A stretch of 64,000 bases of DNA from Azolla caroliniana. Taxonomy: Eukaryota > Plantae > Polypodiophyta. This document shows positions 1 to 13,682 of the stretch, one piece after another. The stretch covers positions 7,812,001 to 7,876,000 of the forward strand of contig JBHGNT010000010.1 of the NCBI GenBank assembly GCA_043228905.1, written 5' to 3'. The notes beneath the pieces are model-generated. The model was not told the DNA's origin. It worked only from the letters and a program-made list of their open reading frames with translations, and ran no database searches. The position numbers and the translations under genes were made by a program. How positions within the stretch are numbered: the first letter of the stretch is position 1; every line of letters begins with the position of its first letter.

Positions 1-154
1 AAATCCCTGACCAACGACAAAAAGGAGCTTGCAACAGACATTTCAACCGAAAACACCAACGCACCACAACCCGACCCTACGACCATTCCAAAGGATGAAA
101 CCGCAGAACCAAACCAGAGGGAGGGAATCCTCCACATTTTGATCGAGGATTAAC

Positions 155-756
155 TGTAATTAATTTCAACAAGGTTTTCTTTCGAATGGGAAATTTCGAT
201 TTGTTGGGTTCAACGTGCCAAGGCACTATCTCATGGGCTTGCCAAGTGTTGTTCGTGGGCCAAAATAGTAACATATGTGAAACGTAATAAGTATTAGGTA
301 ACATTAGGTAAAACAACCGAAAGCAATCAGAAGCAGCCAAAATAAACACAACCGTAAACGTGGAAGGAGGAGCGCGCCAAGGAACATCTATATAAGGAGC
401 AGTAGATCGAAGGAAAGAAGATAGGAGAAGATATAGGAGAGAAGTCTGAGGTTACTACATAATTAGTCCTACTATAGTATATCTGATACATTCCGGCAGA
501 TAGTAGTGTAACTATAATCACTACTCATTTTGTAATTTAAACAATGTTGGGTCTATGATTTTGTCATTGTTTGCTTTTAATAAGTGTTAAGTAACCTATC
601 TCTCCCTATCGTGTATTCATAGTCGAGGGTTCCTCTTATGTAATCTGTAGGGTGTCATCCCGTTTCGTAAAAGCGATCTGACCACCACGTACCACAATCC
701 TTTGGTCCAATTCTAGTGAGGAATCGAAGGTGTCGCCTCCGGAGAGGAAGGCAACA
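155..756 (+). mobile_element. Probable 3' LTR of an LTR retrotransposon extending off the left edge, inserted into the Copia-1 3' LTR
   Basis: TG(TAAT)...(GCAA)CA bounded segment with purine-rich sequence upstream. Sequence from 757 resumes identity to the Copia-1 LTR copy at 10657-10764. The partner LTR is not in the window. Confidence 0.45.
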
Positions 757-3700
757 CTATTTAAGGCATTATAGTCAACACTTCTAACTAGATTCTATCT
801 AGGTAACTACGAAGTTACATGGTTGACTAAATAACTAAACTAAGTTAAGCTTGATCTCTCAACACGACCCCTCAAGCTCAAGTGTGAGGCGTCCGACATC
901 TGCTTTAGCTTTCGTCGGCTTCGTGTGCTTCCGTCCGACCTTCGGCTTTCTTCGTCGTGGCAATCTCGGTTCCTCCCCGTCAAGACGGTGACAAAGGCTT
1001 GTAGTGTGTGGGCAAAGGTCGACTACTTCCACCCATCACGGGTTACGAGCCGCTTCGGTGGAGCTCTTGGGCTCTTGTTCGGCCGCTACCTTCATAGTGA
1101 TGGGCCATGTACTTGTTGTAGTCGAGTCGAGTGACGGGATTCTTCTCTCTAGAAGAGCATCGAAGTTTTTTGCTCGCCGATGTGAGCGCCTTTTTTACTC
1201 TGGGTGTCCACATGATGGGTACACCAAACTCATTGTCTAGTGAGGGAGCCGACACATCCGAATCACTATCGTCGGGGTGACTGACTTCTTATTCGGGCAT
1301 CTTACCTTTGCCTTTGTCCAAGGTCGTACTTGGCTGCGATGTGCTTGCATCACGTGAAGGCTCGTGTGGTCCACTTAGCTCGGTAGAGCTTGGACAGTCC
1401 TTTGGTGAAGGGCTTGGCCGAATATCATCCTCTGAGTTGACGTTCAACTCTTCCTTGGTCGTGTCGGGTTGAGCCAAACCAAGCTTAAACCAAGATGTCG
1501 ATTCGTCGAAGATTACATCTCGACTCACCCGAACTTCTCGGGTCGAAGGGTTATAGCACTTGTATGCCTTTTTCTCTGACGAGTATCCTATGAGGATACA
1601 TTCCTCCGACTTCACGTTAGGCTTCTCTCGTTGTTCGCTCGGGATGCGTACATTCGCAATGCTTCCAAACACCTTGAGGTGCGACAGGATCGGCTTCCTT
1701 CCGACGAGGAGTTCGTATGGAGTTAGCTCATGCACTCCATTAGTGGTGCATCAATTCATGAGATAGACGGCCATGGATGCCGCTTCGGCCCAATAGAAGT
1801 TCGGCATGTGCTTCTCATGCATCATGGCATGTGCTACCTCGAGTATTTGCCGATTCTTCCTTTTGGCTACTCTATTTTGTTGGGGTGTGTGTCGGCACGT
1901 GAATTCTCTCCAAATGCCTTCACTTTGGAGGTAGGAGGTGAATTCATCGGAGAAGTACTCCTTTCCTCCATCCGATCATAGGCATCGAATGTGCTGACCG
2001 GTTTCTTTTTTACTTGGCCCTTAATTTTTTGGAAGTGCGAGAGCACTTCGCTCTTCTTCTTCATCGGAAAGATCCCCGTGTAGCGGGAGTAGTCGTCGAT
2101 GAAGGTGACATAGTATCGGCATCCACCAATCGTCGACGTTTGACCCGGTCCCCATACATCCGAGTGTATAACGTCGAGGAGGCCTTTGCTTGCAGAGCTC
2201 TCCTTCGGAAATGGGAGTCGATGTTGTTTGCCAAGTTGACACGTTTTGCATACTCGGTCAACTTGTTTTGACTCGAATGTCTGAAGTCCGATAATGACTC
2301 GCTTTGATTGCATAGCTCGGAGCCATTGGAGGTTTATGTGGCTAATTCTGTTGTGCCACAACTCAATGTTTGTCTCAGTTTTGAGACCTTTGGCATACAT
2401 GGCCGATTTCACCTCGTTTGAATCGAGGATGAACATGAGACCGTTTCTCCGTCCCTTGGCTATGAGTCATCCATCTTTCTCGATGAAACAACCTTTGTTG
2501 TTGAAGCGGACTTGCATGCCTTGCTCCACGATTTGGCCGACCGAGACCAAATTCTTTGTTATTGTGGGCACGTGCAAGACATTCTTGATGCAAGTTTGCT
2601 CGCCTTCTTTCCCAAATGGGACATTGCCAATGTGCCAAATCGGATGTGTGGTGTCGTCACCCGTCTCTATGACATCGGGTCGATCGGGTGTGAGCAAATC
2701 ACTGAACCACTCTTCGTGGGATGTCATGTGATGTGAGGCACCGGAATCGACGAACCACACGTCATCTGAGGTGGAGGTGCTCGTGGTGTCGGAAGCTATC
2801 ATAGAGTTCGCTTTATGTCTCATCACGAATAGACCACCGTAGTCGTCGTATTCGTAGTTGTTGGCATAGTTTGTGAGTTGTCGACTTGTCGAAGCCGACT
2901 CGTTTCTCTTTCTCCAACACTCCTCTTCACGGTGGCTGATTTTGCCGCAATAGTTGAAGGTCCCTTGATGGCTTCCATCTTGTTGTCGAAGGTTTGAGTT
3001 CCCTTCGTGTGATGGGTCGAATCAACCTCTTCTACCTCCTTGACCTCGTCCTCGGCCACCATCCGAATTCGAAAAGAACATTTGTCCTTCCGATGCCTTG
3101 GTTTTGGTTTGGATGTGGTTCTCTTTAACCATTAGCATTGTTTGAAGGTCGAAGAATGGAGGACGGTTCTCCCTTGCCAAGATTGTCGTCCTCAACGAGT
3201 CGAATCGTTGTGCGAGGCTGCCCAAGCTTACTTGAACCATCTCGTCTTCGTCGACGTTTATTTTGATGGAGCCAAGCGAGTTGCAAATGCTCTTGATCTT
3301 GACGGTGAAGTTCGACACGAACATGTCTTTTTGCCGAATGTTGTTCAACTCTTGTCGAAGTTGAAGCTTTCGGGCGTTTGTGTTGGCGACGAACATTTTA
3401 TTTAAGTTCACCCATGCTTCTTTAGGCGTCTTGGCGTCTCGAATGTGGCTAAGCATGTGGTCGTGGACACATGCTGCCAAACAATACATGACTCGACTCG
3501 CCGCTTGCTCCCAAGTTGCGTAGTCGGCGTTCTTTGAGTCGGGTTCATTTTCTTGTGCATTGTTGATGTAGCTCCAATACCCTTGGCCGACAAGGTATTG
3601 AGTCATCTTGTACTCCCAAGATGAATAATTGCTCTGGTCTAGCTTTTCACTAGGGAGCGAGCTACCCATTTGTGTGTTCATGTTGATTAGTGTCTTCTCT

Positions 3701-4452
3701 TCTTCTTTTTTTCTTCCTTCGATCACGTACACGTGCTACGTAGCGGCACTACGGTAGCCGATAGCCGGATTTTTTCGTCGGTGTCTCGAACACACAATCA
3801 CGGAGTCGGGTGGGCTTAGTGGATTTTCTAAACCACATGCTTTGAAACCATGTTAAGAATTAGGTGATTAACTACGGGTTAATACGTACCTAATTATGTG
3901 ATTAGTTGATAAGCAGAAGATTAAGTGATATGTGTGTGTATGTGTGTGAGAGGAAGAGAGAGAGAGAGAGAGAGAGAGAGAAAACGCAAAGTTCGGAGAT
4001 GTTGGAGAAGGGCAAACACTAATTTTGATGTATCTTCTTGCTACGGTGTCTGTTTGCTTTGTTCTTTAGCTCATTTCGAAGCCTAAACATAGAGCTTTCT
4101 AAAGAGTATCTGCACGTATAATTTGGAGGTCTTGGTAGAACGTTACGAGTAAAAATTCCATTCGACTGCATGCATCTCATGATTGCTTGCTTTGATTCCT
4201 TCTCCAACACAATTACTTGTAAGTGAACTCTCTCCTATTTCTTGTCATATGGATGGCAGTGTTTTCATGAATATGGATGAGTCTCCAAATTCTTCAAAGG
4301 ATGCGTGCATGGTTGAGTCAATATCAAGCCCAAGAGGGGACGGTAAAAGAAAACGATGTATTGGAGATAATAGCAATGACATGTCTTATGTTGATGCAAT
4401 GCGATAAGATGATATTGAGAAAGATGATAGTAATTGGGAACATTTAAGATGC

Positions 4453-5604
4453 ATGGCAAATATATTAATGGAAGATTGTATAAGGGAGAATGTGAAAGTT
4501 GCTGAGGAGTTTGTTGACGATGAAGTGGCTAAGGTAGAAATAGACAATAAAGAGTTTTTGGGCTCATTTGCTAATTTTTGTGATAAAGGGGTCATATTGT
4601 TTTTCACGGGAAAGATACCTTTCCTTTGGAGGGTCAAACAATGGTTACGTGGGATTTTACAAGCTGATTATGTTCAAGATGTTTATGCTGGTCCTCGTGG
4701 ATTTTATGAGGTTGTTTTGGTATCACAAGAGTATAAAGAGAAATTACTCAATAAATTGCCAGTTTTTTATGAAAAAAGTTTGGTTCATATTGTTCCGTGG
4801 AGACCATTAGTGGAATATCAAGATATATTAAAGCAAGAGTGTCCCGTATGGGTTGAGGTAGAGTGCACATATTCAGTGGTTTGGCCAATATTACGGTCAG
4901 TGATGGAAAAGTTGGGAAAGATCTTGGTGCCTCCTAGTGCTAATGCTCAAAATCGATATCGGATGTGTATTCTTTGGAATACTGCTATAAAGAGGCCAAG
5001 TTGTTTACAAATTGCATGTTCTGGTATGCCACCTATGTATTTTCGGCTTAAATGGGGTACATTTGCAGGACATTGTTTCCATTGTGGTGTGTTGGGGCAT
5101 TTTATGGCTGAATGTCCTCAAAAAAGAAATAATGTAGTGGAAGTGGTACATGAAGAGCCTACAACTCATGATCAGATTCAAGATTTGACAATTTCAGATC
5201 AAACAAAGGAACCACAAATTGTGAATGAGAATGATGGAAAGACTCTAGAGGATGAAGGACAATGGTCAATAGTTTCTGGAAAGATGAAGAAGTCTAATAA
5301 AAAAGTTGGGCATAATGTATCTATGGAGAAGGTCACACTGACACATCCCATGCGGAATAAACCATGGGCTCGTCAAGAGGACTATCCAAAGAAATTATCT
5401 TTTGATAATAAAGGTAATTTGTATGTTCCTTGGAATAAACGGAAATCGGTGCCTCATTCACATGAGGAGCCATCGGGGTCTGGAGTTTTGCATTCCCATA
5501 GTAATTCATATGCAATCTTAGGGGATTTATTTCAGGATATGGCAAAAACATTAGCAGTGAAGGAGAAGGAGATTTCTCGAATAAAAGGAAAAAATAAAGT
5601 ATGA
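4453..5604 (+). CDS. L1 ORF1 (DUF4283-like plus CCHC zinc knuckle)
   Basis: CFHCGVLGHFMAEC knuckle. The same frame is open upstream from ~4249 with a single stop at 4405-4407. The stop overlaps the ORF2 start (ATGA, 5601-5604). Confidence 0.85.
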   Translation: MANILMEDCIRENVKVAEEFVDDEVAKVEIDNKEFLGSFANFCDKGVILFFTGKIPFLWRVKQWLRGILQADYVQDVYAGPRGFYEVVLVSQEYKEKLLNKLPVFYEKSLVHIVPWRPLVEYQDILKQECPVWVEVECTYSVVWPILRSVMEKLGKILVPPSANAQNRYRMCILWNTAIKRPSCLQIACSGMPPMYFRLKWGTFAGHCFHCGVLGHFMAECPQKRNNVVEVVHEEPTTHDQIQDLTISDQTKEPQIVNENDGKTLEDEGQWSIVSGKMKKSNKKVGHNVSMEKVTLTHPMRNKPWARQEDYPKKLSFDNKGNLYVPWNKRKSVPHSHEEPSGSGVLHSHSNSYAILGDLFQDMAKTLAVKEKEISRIKGKNKV

Positions 5605-8600
5605 AGATCACCACATGGAATGTGAGGGGATTGTGTTCTAGATTTAGAATGCATGAGGTTTGGAGGATTGTGTTATGTGAGCAATGGGATGTTTTATGTG
5701 CAGTAGAGCATAAAGATCATCAGAATGCTGGTTTAATTAGTTATTCTAAGGGTTATCCATTATGTTATGCTGGCAAGGTTCATGGGGATTATTTTGGGAT
5801 TGTCATGTTTATAAGAGATAAATTTCACCCAAAAGTAATTGTTTCAGATGAATTTGGAAGATTTATTGTGGTAGAGATATGTTATGAAGGGCAAGCTATT
5901 TGGTTAGTTGGTGTGTATGCATCAAATGTTTCACAAGAACGAAAGTTGTTATGGAGATCTCTAAACTCAATGCTTCATAATGGTAGACTGGGTTTATTGA
6001 TGGGAGATTTTAATGTTTGTTGTGAGACAGATCAATCAACATCTATCCACTCTATTATGGATGGACCAGAGGCTCAAGAATGGGGAGATTTTGAGACTGA
6101 AGTCATGTTAAGGGATGTATGGAAATGGATCAAGGGAGATGAACCTAGTTATACCTTTCAATCAGCTCAATATAAGGATACTTGGAGTAGGTTGGATCGA
6201 ATGTATGAAATGCATACCGAAGGTTTTTTACTAGAGATTTTGGATATTTCAGTGTCTTATGGGTCAATTATATCAGATCATTTCCCATTAATTTTTGAGT
6301 TCAATCACCACTCAATTAGAGGTTTTCATGAGTTTTTAGGAAAACCACCGTTGATTTTTAATTCATCATTTTTGGATCATGAGGTCTTCCATGCCTATAT
6401 GTGTCAATTGATTGATGCATTTGCCTATCACGTTCAATTTGATGGGTATGAAGCGTGGGAAGTATTTGTTGCAAATGTTCAGAGGTTAACTAGATATTAT
6501 GGAATTCACCATGCTTTTAAAAGGAGAAAGAAATTAAGTCTCCTAGTTAATTTGCTTGATAAATGCAACTCATTGTTAACTTATTGGCCAACAGATGTAG
6601 AGTTGATGGGATATCAAGAGGTATTAATTTTTGCGATGCATGACCTAACGGCAAAAAATTATCAACATGCTAGACTACATCGTCTAAGACAAGAAGTGGA
6701 TGATGCTAATTGTCAATCACATAAGTTTTTCCATGACCTTCATGAATCACATGCACGACATAATGTGGTAAGGTTAGAGGAAAATGGTATCATGTGTTCC
6801 GATCCTCAAGAAATTGTGAAGAAATGCATAGAATATTATACACAATTGTTGGATGTACAAGTGTGTATCGATGATAATGTTAAAAAGGATAGAGATGTAT
6901 TTTTTAATGGAGTGAAAAATCATGTATCGCATGATGTGGCACAATCATTAGATGCTAATATTTCAAAGGATGAGGTGGAACATGTCATGTCACATCTTGC
7001 TAATGATAAGAGTCCTGGGTGGGATGGATTAACACATGAACTCTTTAAGAAATATGTGATTAAGTTAAAGGGGCCTTTTACGATTTTATTTCAGAAGGTG
7101 TGGACATCAGGGGAAATGCCTCATTCTTGGAAGATTGGTTTGATCAAGCTTTTGCCGAAGGTGCCTTCTCCATCTTCCTTTGCTCAATGGAGGCCTATTT
7201 CATTGATGGGGGGAATGTACAAGATTTTTGCAAAAGTGATGGCCAATAGGTTGCATAAGGTTTTACCTTCTATTATTCATAATGCTCAATATGGGTTTTT
7301 AGCAAAAAGAGACATTTTACATAATATTTTAAATGTTCAAATGGCAATTGACTATGCAAAGGAGTCTAAACAAGAATCAGTGTTGCTACAATTGGATATC
7401 GAGAAAGCCTATGATAATGTGGATTGGTCATTTATAAATCAATTGATGTCTCATATGGGTTTTGGTGATCGTATGTCTAAGTTGATATACACATTAGGGG
7501 AGGGTTCGGTTTCACATGTGATGTTTAATGGAGGAGTAACCCAACTGATTTCTATTCGGAGGTCAGTTAGACAAGGATGCCCGGTAAGTCCTTTACTATT
7601 CACTATTGTGACACATCCTATTCTTGTTAAGTTACACAATATGGCTATGGGGGAAGAATTGCTTGGACTAAGGTTGCCATCAGGGAAGCCATGTATTGTT
7701 CAAGCTCTCGCAGATGACCATATTATGTTTTTGGCACCTAATCGGGAAAATATTAGTAAGACAAGAGATGTGTGGGAATTGTTTTCAACTGCTTCGGGGT
7801 TGAGAATTAATATACATAAATCTGTCCTCATTTCATGTACAGAACAAGATGTGTTAGGGTTGGGGTGGTCAGGAAGGATAGTACATCGTGGTATGATTTG
7901 TCGTCTCTTGGATATCCAATTGGGGTGGAAGTTTCTCATGTGAAACTTATTGAGTGGGTATCCAAAAGGTTGGAGGATAAGTTTATGTATTGGAGGTCTC
8001 AATTTTGGCCTTTTCATGTACGACTTAAGGTGGTCCAATCGATTATGGTCTCTATGGTATCTTATTATCTTCCTTTGCTCCCATGGTCAAAGAAAGCTCT
8101 TGAAATGTTGTCACGCTCGATGCGAATGTTGTTATGGAAAAGAAAAGGGAAAAGTGCCTTGTCATGGTTGGCATGGGATCATGTTTGTACTCCGAAGCGT
8201 CTTGGTGGGGCATCAATATTGAATCTATATGAGCATATGGTGGCTCGTCGATTTACTTTCATTCGATTCATGTTTGAAGGTGTACAACCTTGGACAAAAA
8301 TGGTGGCATACTTTATAGAGAAGAACGGAATAAAGCTTGGAAACATGAAGGTTGAAGCGAATTGGTGGAATGTAATTAATTCTGACAGGGATGTCAAATG
8401 TACAGGGTCTATGATAGTTAATCATTTGTTGACATCTTGGCAAAGTATGTTGGATTTTGTGGAATGACATCCCCCACAAGAAAGGGGATATGCCAATTCA
8501 TTACAAATGGAGGTTTTGGCAACATCAAGGTTGTTGAGGTGGGAAGGTAAACAAATTCTTAACCTTCAATTTAATCGGATGGCTAGATTGGGTTTGGTAA

Positions 8601-9451
8601 GAGTTAAGGATGCTATGTTGGTTTCACAAAGAAGATTAATGGCTTTTCGAACAATAAGATCAACATTTCGTATTCCAAAAGGTTATAACTTTATTTGGGA
8701 TAAGTTGCAACAAATACTATCTTCGCATGAGCCAATTCCTGATTTAGATGGGCGATCTCAAGAGCTTGATTGGAGGTTTGTTGGAAATAAGAGATTGACT
8801 ATGATCTCAACGAATGTTGCTTATCACAAGTTGATTGACAAACATAAGTGGTTGGAAGAAAGGGTTATAAAGATATGGGGTTTTCATAAGCCCATTACTT
8901 GGTGGTTTCATGTGATCAAGGCAGGTTGGTGTTCTCGATTGATGCTACGAGCCAAGGTATTTATTTGGAGAGTTATGGTTGGAGCTTTACCATTAGGGGA
9001 TGCATTAAAAAGAAGAAAAATTACTAAAGGATTGTGTTTCTTTTGTTCGGTGGAATTGGAACATAGTAGGCATCGATTTATTTCATGCCCGATGGCAAGG
9101 ATGGTTTGGAGGTGTATTAGTTTAGTGTGGATGTCTCTAACAGGAGTAAGTCTATCTTCCTTCAGTTGGGCTTTTGCACATATGGAGAACAATGAACCGA
9201 TGCCTCATTTTCAAATTATTTTTGAGTTCTTGAGGTATTGGGGGCTATGGTTCAATTGGAATATGTGGAATGCCTTCATTTTTTATTCACAAGTTGGGGT
9301 GAGAAAATATGTTCTTAAGTTAAAAGGACTTCTTTTGTGGCAATTGACAGTGCTAGAGAAGTCACAAAATCTCAACCAAGAAGAGAGAGAACTCTGCAAG
9401 GTCACATATCATCATATTCGCCATTTGAATTGGTGTGTAGGGTGGCATTGA
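5601..9451 (+). pseudogene. L1 ORF2 (APE endonuclease, reverse transcriptase, zf-RVT), disrupted
   Basis: Motifs TWNVRG, GDFN, SRLDR, SDHFP; KSPGWDG, WRPISL, QLDIEKAYD, RQGCPVSP, LADD; C-terminal CFFC..H..C. Frameshift near 7900 and stop at 8465-8467. Confidence 0.9.
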
Positions 9452-9559
9452 GTTTGGTGTCGTAGTTTTCTTTAGATCCCTAGATAGAAGGGGTTCTATA
9501 GTTTGTTGTAAGTTAGTCATGGTGGTGTTTTTTCTTTCGTAATGAAAGCCATTATTTAC

Positions 9560-9595
<36 letters not shown>

Positions 9596-9598
<3 letters not shown>

Positions 9599-10406
9599 AG
9601 AATTAGAATTAGAATTTTGACCTATGGGACCAAAGTATACATGTGTTCTTGATATATGTCTCCTTCCTAAGAAGGGGTATTCATATGTTGAAGCACAAAG
9701 TCTCTATGTGTTAATAAAGCATACACATATGAGCTCAACCTTCTAGGTGGTGTCTTAAGTATGGATCTTAAGTTATCACTCCCTCTTAGTATGTCAACAT
9801 ATCTTGAACGAATTGCACTATATGTCGAGCATGTGAAGAGCAAGTGACATTCACCCTCTACCATGCCTTCATTGCATACTTTACATGGCTTCAAATTCGT
9901 TACATTTTGATACCATGATGCAACTTCAATACCTAACTTGTGAGATCGAGTGTGAAGTAGTGTAAGGGCTCTACGAGCATTGCTACTCATATTGGTAATG
10001 AGATAAGGTTGGATATGATCAATAGACATTCTTGCTTTATATTGAGACCAACATTCAAGGTTGACATTTGCAATGTAGTATTCTAGCTTTGTCCTCTTAG
10101 CATCCTCCCACTTCATCCTTAATGAATCCACCAACCTTTCCTCAATCATTACATATTGCATAACATTGCCTGAAAGCTCTAAAAGATCATCCACACCCCA
10201 TCTTCTAAACCATTTCTTTATGTCAACAACCCAACCAGATGAGAGAATCTTACTTTTATGATTCTTTTGTAGCTTACATCCAACATTCCAAGAAAGATGT
10301 GGTAATCGATGATTCAACATATTCTTGACTTTTGTAATGTATTTATATACTCTTTGGAGTGCCAATAGTTCTATGGGTTGAACACCCGTTTCCAAGAGTA
10401 TAACCT

Positions 10407-10407
<1 letters not shown>
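9596..10407 (-). mobile_element. 5'-truncated RTE/RTEX-type LINE 3' end with tandem-repeat tail
   Basis: ORF 9667-10395 with RSHKLGIE...CKVC...ECHLLFTC C-terminal motif. (AATTAG)n tail at 9596-9617. Flanked by (GA)n. Confidence 0.75.
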
Positions 10408-10437
<30 letters not shown>

Positions 10438-11711
10438 GTTAACACTTATGAACAACACAATATGGGGGATGAGTAATTATATTAAATTAGCGTTATTATC
10501 ATCAAATACAAAAATACCATCAATGAGGTATATATAGATCTCATGTGCAAGGGTAGGTGCACATGTGTGAGGATAATATAGGTACAAAAGTGTAAGTCCT
10601 ATATTAAATGTACTTATGAGTGGAGGATCTAAAATATCTCACTTAAGTACAAGGTCCTATTTTAGGCGTTATAGTCAACACTTCTAACTAGATTCTATCT
10701 AGGTAACTACGAAGTTACATGGTTGACCAAATAACTAAACTAAGCTGAGCTTGATCTCTCAACAATAATATATCCTTGATGATCACATTCTTCATTGCAT
10801 CACTCAAGAGCTCCAATATATCTTTTACTTCCCCTTCTTTTAAACTATTTCATTATATGAGAGAATTTTGCTCTCATTGAATTTTATTACCTTGTATCGT
10901 ATGAACCAATTTTGCTTTTGCAATATGTGATCCAACACATTATTGACTTTTTCGATGTACTTGTATCTCTTTGCATGGGTAATACCTCAATGCATTGAGC
11001 ACTTTTTTGAATAACATGATAGGAGGAATGTCGAGGCTTTAGCTCTACATAAAAATAAATTTTGGATATTTCATTCTATGCACGAAGTGAGATAGACCAT
11101 CCTAGAATTGTGATATAGTCTCACTCGAAATGGATGAACAGAATCATCTTCCCAAGGGGCACAAGAAACACCCAAAAGAGGCCAATGGCAGATGAAACAT
11201 TTAGGTGTTACGTGCACAACCTTAGAAGTTAGCATATTATTTAAGGGGAAATTTTCTAATGGTTCGAACTTTGAACGATATCTTTAAAAGAATCAAGGCC
11301 ATTCACATAGTTCACGACTAACAATCTACAACGACATGATTTGGTCTGGTTTGGGAGTCTCGAGCTCAAACCACTTAAAGGTTTTAAACCTAATTGAGCC
11401 ATGAAACTATTTTAACTAAAATTGTTCAAATTGAATTGTTACAAACTCAAACCAAATGGTTCTAGAAGTTTACAATTTGATAAGCCATTAAGCTATGGTT
11501 TTAGTTTTGATGTAGACCAAATTATCGACGATTAGAGGATTGTATACTCGATTCATGAGTATACAATCCATTAATGCTTCCATGAGTTTTCACCCCTTAT
11601 CCTATATGGAATCATGCACACAATCCATGTATGAAAATGTTCACAACTTCTTAAATTTTAATATTCACGAAAGTTTTATAACAATAAACCATCAAGCCTT
11701 TTTAACCATTT

Positions 11712-12069
11712 TGTTGAGAATCAAACTCAACTTCCCTAGTGTGGGAACACACCCTAGTGTGTGAACACCCCACACCTACTACAATAACTAGTGTGTCATA
11801 GAATCTTATAGTACTATGACACGTATTCAATGTAGTTAAGACTCCACCTCTCTTTAGTTAAGAGGTGGTTGTAGAAAGAGAATAGTGGGAAGGGCACTAT
11901 ATAAGTGCTCTCTCACCTCCCTTGTAATAGTTATTTGTTATTCTTGTATTTTGCTCCTTGTTAATATAGTTTTTACTTGCGTTTTCTATATACGTCAAGC
12001 TCCACTTATTTCTCTCCTTCACACACACACATCACTTCTGCTGCACATAATCACCCTTGTTTATTTACA
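11712..12069 (+). mobile_element. Copia-family solo LTR with 5-bp TSD
   Basis: TGTTGAGAATCAAACTCAACTTCCC...TTATTTACA; the start resembles the Copia-2 LTR at 31488. TSD CATTT at 11707-11711 and 12070-12074. Confidence 0.85.
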
Positions 12070-13399
12070 CATTTTAATAGTTAAGCCAATGTTGGCTCAA
12101 ACCAAACCCATTAACCAAACCATTAAACCCCCAAACTAAACCATTTATAGATATTAAAATTGTAAAGATATAGATTATGTGAACCCAAACTGTTGATTGC
12201 TATTCATGACACATGGCAAGTACATATGGTAGCTTAAGGACCTAGGGTGCAAGTATAAAATGAGAAGTTGCTAACCTCATTGGGGAGGAGGGATGTATTT
12301 ATCATAACTACTACCAAGGGCTAACAATAGTGTTGTGTGGATTCACATCCAAGGTACATGTTATGCACGCATAACGTAGGTGATGACAAGTCATTAATAT
12401 TTATAGAACATAAGTGAAGGGTATGTTCACTGAATCACTAGTGATAGAAAGGGACTAATGTGATTGGATACAAGGAATGATAGTTGCATGCACTATCATG
12501 AACTTGACAAGCAATGAATAGAGAGTCTTTTAGAGAAGCGCATCTATTCAAGGGGCCTAGGAAGAAGTATAAATATGAGGCCTAACTGCCCTCATAAAAC
12601 AAATTACGTGGAAGGCTAAAGTCTAGAGATACCAATGGTGTAGGTGATCGTATTACCTATTCCAAGGTATTGGGCATCCTAATATCCATCAGTATGGGAT
12701 GTTAGTGGTAGGTTGGCTATCTCTTGATCATAGCTTGGGGGTGATTGGTAGGAACACATTATTCTATATGATCTATTCACCTTTCATTTACTTTAATTTA
12801 GTCTATTGTGTAGTAATAGACTCTTAACAATAAAATCTTAGGCGATATTCAATGGTATGGGATACTAATGGTGTCTAAGACCAATCTCAAATCCTTTGCT
12901 TGGGAAGAAACGTGCAATTAATCTATTTGTTTCCTTCATTTACAACTTTATTTGCTTAATCATTAGTTGTATCTTTAACAACAAGCAAGATAGAGATCCT
13001 GAACATTGGAAGATAAATTTATTGAGGGTTTGAAAGACATTGAGCTAAAGCATTGAAATCCATGTGATATGATGAGGAGAGATAGTCGAGGGCCTACATT
13101 GACTCAGAGCAAGCAATTGGAGTGGACGGCCACCAATTGAAACAAAATACATGGTGTACTTTACACAATAACCAAGGATATAAATTTAGAAGAACGCGAA
13201 ATAAGTATATTTCGGTGATTTGAAGGATTTGGCATGAATAGAAATGACTGATTGAAGTCAAAAGGTGAATGGTCCAAGACATGCAATGTGGTGCGGACAG
13301 GTGAATGAAGGCAGGGCATCGAAATAATGAAGGCGAAGCAAGAGCTTTGAGAATTCGAAGAGTGACCAACGTCCGCTAGACACGCACACGTGTAAGAAT

Positions 13400-13530
13400 C
13401 GGCAATGGTTCGGTTCAAGAGTGTCAAACTCAAACCGGTTAAAAAAAAAGCGAAACTTAAACCGAATCGAACCGAACTACGAAACCGTTTAAACCGAATA
13501 CTCTTTGGATTTGGTTTTATCATGGCCCAA
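13400..13530. repeat. AAACCG/GGTTC-rich MITE-like remnant upstream of the LPP gene
   Basis: Clustered AAACCG/GAACCG motifs. Shares AGAGTGTCAAACTCAAA with the element near 62994. Confidence 0.5.
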
Positions 13531-13682
13531 AAAAACTGGAATGGAAGAAAAGGCAGCTGCTCTATTTTCTAATACAATAATGCTCATGAACTTGAAAACA
13601 CAGGTGAGAAGAAATTAAAGGTTTGGCTTCATCGCCGTAGCTCGTTCTTCTCTTCTTCCCCGCCATAACCATAGCCAGGGCC

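Larger units (their letters stand above)
3981..9562 (+). mobile_element. Near full-length L1-clade LINE inserted in a (GA)n tract
   Basis: ORF1 plus ORF2 (endonuclease-RT-zf-RVT). (GA)n tracts on both sides (~3956-3980 and ~9563-9595). Confidence 0.92.
757..10764 (-). mobile_element. Ty1/copia LTR retrotransposon (Copia-1), RT/RNaseH-deleted, 5' LTR interrupted by two LINEs
   Basis: LTR ends 757-864 and 10657-10764 match (~5 differences in 108 bp). PPT lies beside 864. Met-type PBS (minus strand TGGTTTCAAAGC) lies beside the LTR edge at 3851. Decayed ORFs: gag 3022-3732, protease WFVDSGASHHM 2467-2826, GAG-pre-integrase/integrase 1289-2436. Confidence 0.9.

Noticed and set aside
12160-12830. 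Possible additional solo LTR
   Set aside because: LTR-like composition and an AACA end, but no matching TSD or partner copy found.
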